NCBI GenBank assembly: GCA_902590695.1
Contig: CACIXR010000006.1
Span: forward strand, 21,289 to 85,288
DNA: 64,000 bases
Reading direction: 5' to 3'
DNA from: an uncultured Alphaproteobacteria bacterium
GTDB taxonomy: Bacteria > Pseudomonadota > Alphaproteobacteria > HIMB59 > GCA-002718135
This document shows positions 58,780 through 64,000 of this stretch, piece by piece. The position numbers were made by a program, and so were the translations under genes. Numbering within the stretch: position 1 is the first letter of the stretch; each line of letters opens with the position of its first letter. The notes beneath the pieces are model-generated. The model saw only the letters and a program-made list of their open reading frames with translations. It was not told the origin of the DNA and made no database searches.

Positions 58780-59157
58780 TTATAATAAGTTTATAATATC
58801 ACTATCTCCTTCAGCAAAATTATAATTTTTAAATTCATTTTTTGTAACCCAAGCAGAATTCTCGTGTTCACTCAAAATAATTTCACCATTAGCATGAGAG
58901 CATATAAAATAATGTAATTTCACATTTATTTTGTCATCTTGATAATTTTCTTCACCTAATTTATTTTTAATATTTATTTCTATATTAAGTTCTTCTTCTA
59001 TTTCTCTTTTAAGTGCAATTTCAAAAGATTCCCCTTCTTCCACTTTTCCACCTGGAAATTCCCAACTTAATCCCATATGTTTATTTCTATTTCTTTGCGC
59101 AATAAAATATTTATCATCTTTTATTATTATTGCTGCAACAACATCGAATTTATCCAT
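58780..59157 (-). CDS. MutT/NudG-like Nudix (d)NTP pyrophosphohydrolase
   Basis: WEFPGGKVEEGE...LKREIEEEL Nudix box. Confidence 0.88.
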   Translation of the reverse strand: MDKFDVVAAIIIKDDKYFIAQRNRNKHMGLSWEFPGGKVEEGESFEIALKREIEEELNIEINIKNKLGEENYQDDKINVKLHYFICSHANGEIILSEHENSAWVTKNEFKNYNFAEGDSDIINLL

Positions 59158-60635
59158 TAATTGGTATTATCACTAATAAACTGATTTGCTTTCTTTATTA
59201 TATGATTTTTCCTCTCAGTATTCATTTTATCATAGATATTAACCATCATATTTAAACGAGGATTAGATTGAAAAAATTTTCTATTTTTATTAATAAAACG
59301 CCAATACAATCCGTCCATAATATCATTCCAATTACCTTTTTTAAAATTCATCATTTTCATAAAATAACTTGAACCACAAATATAAGGTTTGGTACTAAAT
59401 ATACCTCCATCACTAAACAATCCCATACCATAAACATTAGGTGACATTACCCAATCAGAGCTATCTACAAACATTTCCATAAACCAATTATAAACTTCAT
59501 TAGGTTTAATTTCACATAAGTTCATAATGTTACATAAAACCATTAATCTCTCAATATGATGAGTGTATCCAAATTCTTGAGCATTTTTAATTGAATGATC
59601 TAAAGGATCTAATCCGGTTGTACCGTCATACCATTTTTTAGTAAGAGAATTTTTATGTTGAAAGAAATTATTTTCTTCTAATTGTTCATCATAATTTTGG
59701 TAAATTCCTCTAATGAATTCTCTCCATCCAATAATTTGCCTAATATAACCTTCGTAAGAATTAATTTTAATTTTATTTTCAACTTTTCTTACCCTCTCAA
59801 TTATTAGATCAGGGGTTAATAAACCTAAATTAATCATGGGGCTTAGAACACTATGAAATAAAAAGTTATTATTAGTATCAACTGCATCTTCGTAATCACC
59901 AAATAAATTAAATTTTTTAATTATAAAATAATCTAACCATTTAACTGCATCATCATAAGTTGTAGGTAGCCAAAAATTATCAACTTGGCCTGGGTGATTT
60001 TTAAAAATTGTGTTTATTTGTTGTTTTAAAGCTTTTGTATGCTTTGTTTCTTTTGCAGTAATCATTTCTGGTATTTTAATATCTTTAGGGAGTTTTTTTC
60101 TGTTATCTTCATCAAAGCTCCATTTTCCACCTTTGGGCTTATTATTTTCCATCAAAATATTTATTTTTGTACGGGCAATTTTATAAAAATTTGCCATAAA
60201 AGGTTTTTTTGTTTTACTTAAATAATTTTTAAATTCATCTCTTGAATTTAAAAACATGGGTGATTGTATAAAAGTTAATTTAATCTTATTTTTTTTACAT
60301 AAGGTGCTTATTTTTTTTTCAAAAAATTTATCTTCAATTTCAAAAGAAATTAATTCTTCGAATTTATTTTTTTTTATAAAATTTTTTAATTTTTTTTCGT
60401 ATGATATTTTAAAATCCTTTTTTAAATCAATATAATTTACTTTAAATTTATTATTTTTTAGTTCATCAGCATATGATCTCATTGAGGATAGATAAAGAAT
60501 GAGTTTTAATTTATGATGTTTTTGAAAAGTACAAAGATCAAAACTTTCACACATGAAAATAGTTGTGTCTTTATATTTGCTTAGGTGTTTATGTGGGAAT
60601 AATTGATTTCCAAGAACTAAAAATAAACTTTTCAT
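59157..60635 (-). CDS. PhrB/CryB-type (6-4) photolyase family protein lacking Fe-S cysteines
   Basis: LGNQLF, HHKLK, GGKWSFDEDNR, FGDYEDA, RQIIGWREF, HHIERLM, WVMSPNV, TKPY. Confidence 0.88.
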   Translation of the reverse strand: MKSLFLVLGNQLFPHKHLSKYKDTTIFMCESFDLCTFQKHHKLKLILYLSSMRSYADELKNNKFKVNYIDLKKDFKISYEKKLKNFIKKNKFEELISFEIEDKFFEKKISTLCKKNKIKLTFIQSPMFLNSRDEFKNYLSKTKKPFMANFYKIARTKINILMENNKPKGGKWSFDEDNRKKLPKDIKIPEMITAKETKHTKALKQQINTIFKNHPGQVDNFWLPTTYDDAVKWLDYFIIKKFNLFGDYEDAVDTNNNFLFHSVLSPMINLGLLTPDLIIERVRKVENKIKINSYEGYIRQIIGWREFIRGIYQNYDEQLEENNFFQHKNSLTKKWYDGTTGLDPLDHSIKNAQEFGYTHHIERLMVLCNIMNLCEIKPNEVYNWFMEMFVDSSDWVMSPNVYGMGLFSDGGIFSTKPYICGSSYFMKMMNFKKGNWNDIMDGLYWRFINKNRKFFQSNPRLNMMVNIYDKMNTERKNHIIKKANQFISDNTN

Positions 60636-60731
60636 TAATATTTAAATAGTAAGTTATTAAAAAATTTATATGATTTATTAAAATTAATTGCTTATTTTAG
60701 ACAATTTTTAACTATAATAGGTTATAAATTA

Positions 60732-61241
60732 ATGAATAAATTAGTAAAATTATTGGTAATTCCTTCTATAATTTGTTTTGCACTAATTTCCTGCAATACC
60801 ACATCTCCAAATAAGGTAAAAAAATCTGATGCACAAAAAGTAACTAATATTGAATATGGAACAATTAAAACCTCTCTTCCAGTGAAAATTGAAGGTGAAA
60901 GTGATTGGATTGGAGCAACTGCTGGAGCAATGATAGGAGGTCTTTTAGCTTCTCAAATATGTGGAGAAGAAGAAATATTAGGAACTAAGTGTCAAGATAT
61001 TGCTATAGTATATGGAACTATTGGAGGAGCCGCTATGGGCTCAGTAATTCAAGCTAAAATTGGCAATCATGATGGTTTCCAATATATAGTGAATATTGAT
61101 GAATGCGGTAATGACATTTCTAATTGCCAAAATAATCAAGAAAAAGCTTTTGTGCAAGGAGATGATAATGCCCTTCCAAATGGTCAAAGAGTTGTAATTA
61201 TATATGGAGATGTAATAAGAGTTATGCCCTATGAAGAATAG
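60732..61241 (+). CDS. SlyB-like glycine-zipper lipoprotein
   Basis: Lipobox LISC; GATAGAMIGG and GTIGGAAMG zippers; FVQG...GQRV. Confidence 0.7.
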   Translation: MNKLVKLLVIPSIICFALISCNTTSPNKVKKSDAQKVTNIEYGTIKTSLPVKIEGESDWIGATAGAMIGGLLASQICGEEEILGTKCQDIAIVYGTIGGAAMGSVIQAKIGNHDGFQYIVNIDECGNDISNCQNNQEKAFVQGDDNALPNGQRVVIIYGDVIRVMPYEE

Positions 61242-62088
61242 TTTAGCAAAATTAATTTTTGGAATTTTTTTATTATTACCATTTAATCTTAATGCAGAAT
61301 TAGTTTTTGAAGATAATTTTCCAAAAGCCATGCAGGGCATTTGGAGTGACGATTGTGATGCAGAATATCAAATATTCATAATATCAAATAACACAAGTAT
61401 GTGGATTGATGAAACATATGTTGGCTTTAATGTGTCAAAAACCTCAAAAGTACAAGATTGGTCAGCTTATAAATGGGGGGAATTAGATGGAAGTTATTAT
61501 TATTTTTTAAAAAAAGATGGTGATAATTTACTAGAAGTTACTGCTCCTGATGGTTGGGATGGTATAGATTATTCTTTTTTAAATTCATCAGAGTATTCTG
61601 TTTATGAAAAATGTGAATCAATACCTAGTGTCTTTCAAATTATTTATGGAGAAATTATTAACTTAATGAATTCTCAATTAATTGAAACATGTAATAATGA
61701 TAGCAATCCCGCAAATTGTATTAATGAAACTTTTTCATTTTTAGATGTATCACAAGATAATGAATTATCTGTGGCAGAATTAACACGTGCAGCAAGAATA
61801 GCTATTTATTTTACCTTTATTGACAAAAGACAAGATGAAGACAGAGAAATAGGTTTTGCAACTTATACAACTACATCACTAATATTTCCTGCATTATCAA
61901 AAATATTAATTGGGAATTATGATTATGATAATTCAAATACAATTTCTTTAAAAGAAATTTATACGGATCGTATTGATACATTAGACTATCAAAATTTATT
62001 TAAAGAAAATTTAAAAGGACTAGATCCAGAAGAATTAAGACGATTAATTGAAAACTTAGATTTCCTAAAATCATTAATGTTAAATTAA
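61231..62088 (+). CDS. Exported protein with two EF-hand-like loops
   Basis: Signal peptide; DVSQDNELSVAE and DYDNSNTISLKE. Confidence 0.6.
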   Translation: MKNSLAKLIFGIFLLLPFNLNAELVFEDNFPKAMQGIWSDDCDAEYQIFIISNNTSMWIDETYVGFNVSKTSKVQDWSAYKWGELDGSYYYFLKKDGDNLLEVTAPDGWDGIDYSFLNSSEYSVYEKCESIPSVFQIIYGEIINLMNSQLIETCNNDSNPANCINETFSFLDVSQDNELSVAELTRAARIAIYFTFIDKRQDEDREIGFATYTTTSLIFPALSKILIGNYDYDNSNTISLKEIYTDRIDTLDYQNLFKENLKGLDPEELRRLIENLDFLKSLMLN

Positions 62089-62132
62089 TTTAGTATCTTG
62101 ACTTTTCAGTATAATTTTAATTATAAATAGAT

Positions 62133-62216
62133 ATGAACAAAAGAAATTTATACGCGGCTATTGCGATAATATTTATATTTGCTGCTTTAAATTTAACTAT
62201 ATATTTTTTCTATTAA
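62133..62216 (+). CDS. Possible 27-aa single-TM peptide
   Basis: MNKRNLYAAIAIIFIFAALNLTIYFFY*; in frame with ORF 62220. Confidence 0.35.
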   Translation: MNKRNLYAAIAIIFIFAALNLTIYFFY

Positions 62217-62219
62217 ATT

Positions 62220-62423
62220 ATGGTGATCAGAAGAAAATCTAGTATTTATAAAAAATTATATGAAATAAATGGTCAGAAAATGATGTTTGGTCACGATAAT
62301 ATACATTTTAAAACGATTAACTTACCTGCAAAACAGAGATACAAAAATCTATGCAGTAAATTTGGTTTAAAAAAAATTAAATCTTCAGGTAAAAAAAAAT
62401 TTCAAATAATTAACATTAGTTAA
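62220..62423 (+). CDS. Small basic hypothetical protein
   Basis: 67-aa ORF abutting the next gene. Confidence 0.35.
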   Translation: MVIRRKSSIYKKLYEINGQKMMFGHDNIHFKTINLPAKQRYKNLCSKFGLKKIKSSGKKKFQIINIS

Positions 62424-63401
62424 GTGAAAAATATTGCAATAATTGGAGCTGGGATGACTGGCTTGTCTCTTGCTTATAATCTTCAAGATCATAATATTAC
62501 AATTTTTGATAAATCATGGAGACCAGGAGGAAGAGTCTCTACTAGAAAGCATGATAATTATCTTTTTGATCATGGTGCACATTATCTATCGACAAATCAT
62601 TCTGTAAATCAATTAAATGAAGTAATAAGTAGATTTAACTTGGGGAAAACAATAGAAATAGATTTTGCTACAGATTATTTAAAAAACAAAAAGACTAGAA
62701 AAAACATTATCATTGGTCAAAATGGAATGAATTCTATTCCTAAATCTATTTTTGATAATATAAAATTAAAAAGTTGTTTTAACTCAAAAATAATTAAAAT
62801 TTCAAAAAATAGTAATGGCATATTTTCACTTTTTTCTGAAAAAGAAGAATTTAAAAATTTTGATTATGTTTTAATTTGCATACCCTACTTACAATCCAAA
62901 GAGCTATCAAAAGAATTTATTAATTTTACTCAGATTGTTGACGAGCCATCCTATGAACCAATATATACTGTAATGTTAAGTTATAATGATATTAACAACA
63001 TAAATATTAAGGCAGGGTTAAATCTTCACAAACATATTAGCTTTTTTATGAACCAAAATATCAAATTTAATGAATTATCTGATGATTGTTGGGTATTAAA
63101 TATGAGTTCTGAATACACGAATAACAATATTAAGATTGATAAATCTGATCTAGAAAAATATGCTCAATCAATATTTGAAGAAACATTTGATATAAAGAAT
63201 AAAATAAGTTTTATTAAATCACACAGGTGGTTATATGCGCAAACAAAATTGAGTTATAATACTATCTCAAAAAAAAATTGGATTAATTCTAAGGATAATA
63301 AAATATTTTTAAGTGGAGACTGGGTTCTAGGAAAAAGTATAAGCGATGCCTGGGATGCAGGTGAAAAATTATCACATTATATTAAAATTTTATCAGTTTA
63401 A
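62424..63401 (+). CDS. Renalase-like NAD/FAD-dependent oxidoreductase
   Basis: IIGAGMTG, DKS..PGGRVSTR, FDHGAHY, HRWLYA, GDW. Confidence 0.85.
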   Translation: MKNIAIIGAGMTGLSLAYNLQDHNITIFDKSWRPGGRVSTRKHDNYLFDHGAHYLSTNHSVNQLNEVISRFNLGKTIEIDFATDYLKNKKTRKNIIIGQNGMNSIPKSIFDNIKLKSCFNSKIIKISKNSNGIFSLFSEKEEFKNFDYVLICIPYLQSKELSKEFINFTQIVDEPSYEPIYTVMLSYNDINNINIKAGLNLHKHISFFMNQNIKFNELSDDCWVLNMSSEYTNNNIKIDKSDLEKYAQSIFEETFDIKNKISFIKSHRWLYAQTKLSYNTISKKNWINSKDNKIFLSGDWVLGKSISDAWDAGEKLSHYIKILSV

Positions 63402-63403
63402 TA

Positions 63404-64000
63404 TTAAGTATTAAAATATCTTTTAATATTTTTAGCTGCTTGTCTTATTCTTTGAGTATTTTCTACTAGACCAATTCGAACAAAACCTTCCCCTCCTTTT
63501 CCAAATGCCAAACCAGGAGCTACTGCAACATTGGCGTTTATCATTAAATTTTTGGCAAACTTCATAGAACCCATTTTTTTATATTTTTTAGGTAAAGGAG
63601 CCCATACAAACATTGATGCCTCAGGCTCTGGAATCTTATCCCAACCAGCTCTTTCAAAAGATTCTATTAAAACATCTCTTCTTTTTTTATAAGTCTCTCT
63701 TATTTCTTCTACACATTTTTGAGATCCATTTAGAGCAGCAGTAGCTGCTACTTGAACAGGTGTAAAAGCACCATAGTCAACATATGATTTAATTTTTGTT
63801 AATGCTTCAATTAAAGTTTTGTTTCCAACCGCAAAACCTATTCTCCATCCAGCCATAGCATAAGTTTTGGATAAGGTTGTAAACTCAACTGCTATACTCT
63901 TTGCTCCATTTACTTCTAATATTGATGGAGGCGGATTATTATCAAAGTAAATTTCAGAATAAGCTAAATCGGATAGAATATAAACTTGATATTTTTTTGC
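63404..64000 (-). CDS. Class I/II PLP aminotransferase (AlaC/LL-DAP-like), 5' end beyond the window
   Basis: SDLAYSE, PLP-lysine motif TLSKTYAMAGWRIG, PGLAFG, GFVRIGL. Confidence 0.88.
   Translation of the reverse strand, partial: AKKYQVYILSDLAYSEIYFDNNPPPSILEVNGAKSIAVEFTTLSKTYAMAGWRIGFAVGNKTLIEALTKIKSYVDYGAFTPVQVAATAALNGSQKCVEEIRETYKKRRDVLIESFERAGWDKIPEPEASMFVWAPLPKKYKKMGSMKFAKNLMINANVAVAPGLAFGKGGEGFVRIGLVENTQRIRQAAKNIKRYFNT

Noticed and set aside
3873-61340. Short ORFs antisense to or nested in known genes (e.g. 3873, 4640, 8349, 11909, 17786, 25104, 27210, 35920, 43565, 45266, 47356, 51163, 55922, 60039, 61041)
   Set aside because: They overlap well-supported genes and show no RBS or family motifs; treated as shadow ORFs
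62133-62423. A fourth in-frame TAA read-through (62214-62216)
   Set aside because: No family motif spans the stop and the downstream ORF has its own ATG; two small ORFs or chance explain it equally well

Overview
AT-rich, gene-dense chromosomal window. Gene content points to a streamlined marine alphaproteobacterium (SAR11/AEGEAN-169-like; taxonomy is inference). It is mostly an accessory nutrient-scavenging region. (1) 1-9 kb: a Cre-like tyrosine recombinase with a symmetric 9-6-9 dif-like site directly upstream, cobB, and a run of small ferredoxin-like/NTF2 proteins. (2) 11.7-30.3 kb: a PhnF-flanked C-P lyase cluster (phnGHIJKLM-phnCDEE) with no phnN/phnP, but fused to a PHP hydrolase, a Dpp/Opp-type ABC importer, a DMT and a metallophosphoesterase. 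(3) 31-41 kb: two polysaccharide-lyase-like proteins, a GMC oxidoreductase, alkB and a BacNav-type channel. (4) 41.6-46.6 kb: ureDABCEFG next to tRNA-Arg(CCT). (5) 47-52 kb: a sugar catabolic operon. (6) 54-58 kb: a circularly permuted ATP-grasp/alpha-E/transglutaminase operon. (7) pcs, a Nudix hydrolase and an Fe-S-less PhrB-type photolyase. The best signals are absent from the ORF track: a tandem glutamine (glnA-motif) riboswitch upstream of the ATP-grasp operon, a SAM-II-like riboswitch plus terminator upstream of an unknown small protein, the recombinase's putative cognate site, and three genes each broken by one in-frame TAA. All calls come from reading motifs by eye; no database searches were run.
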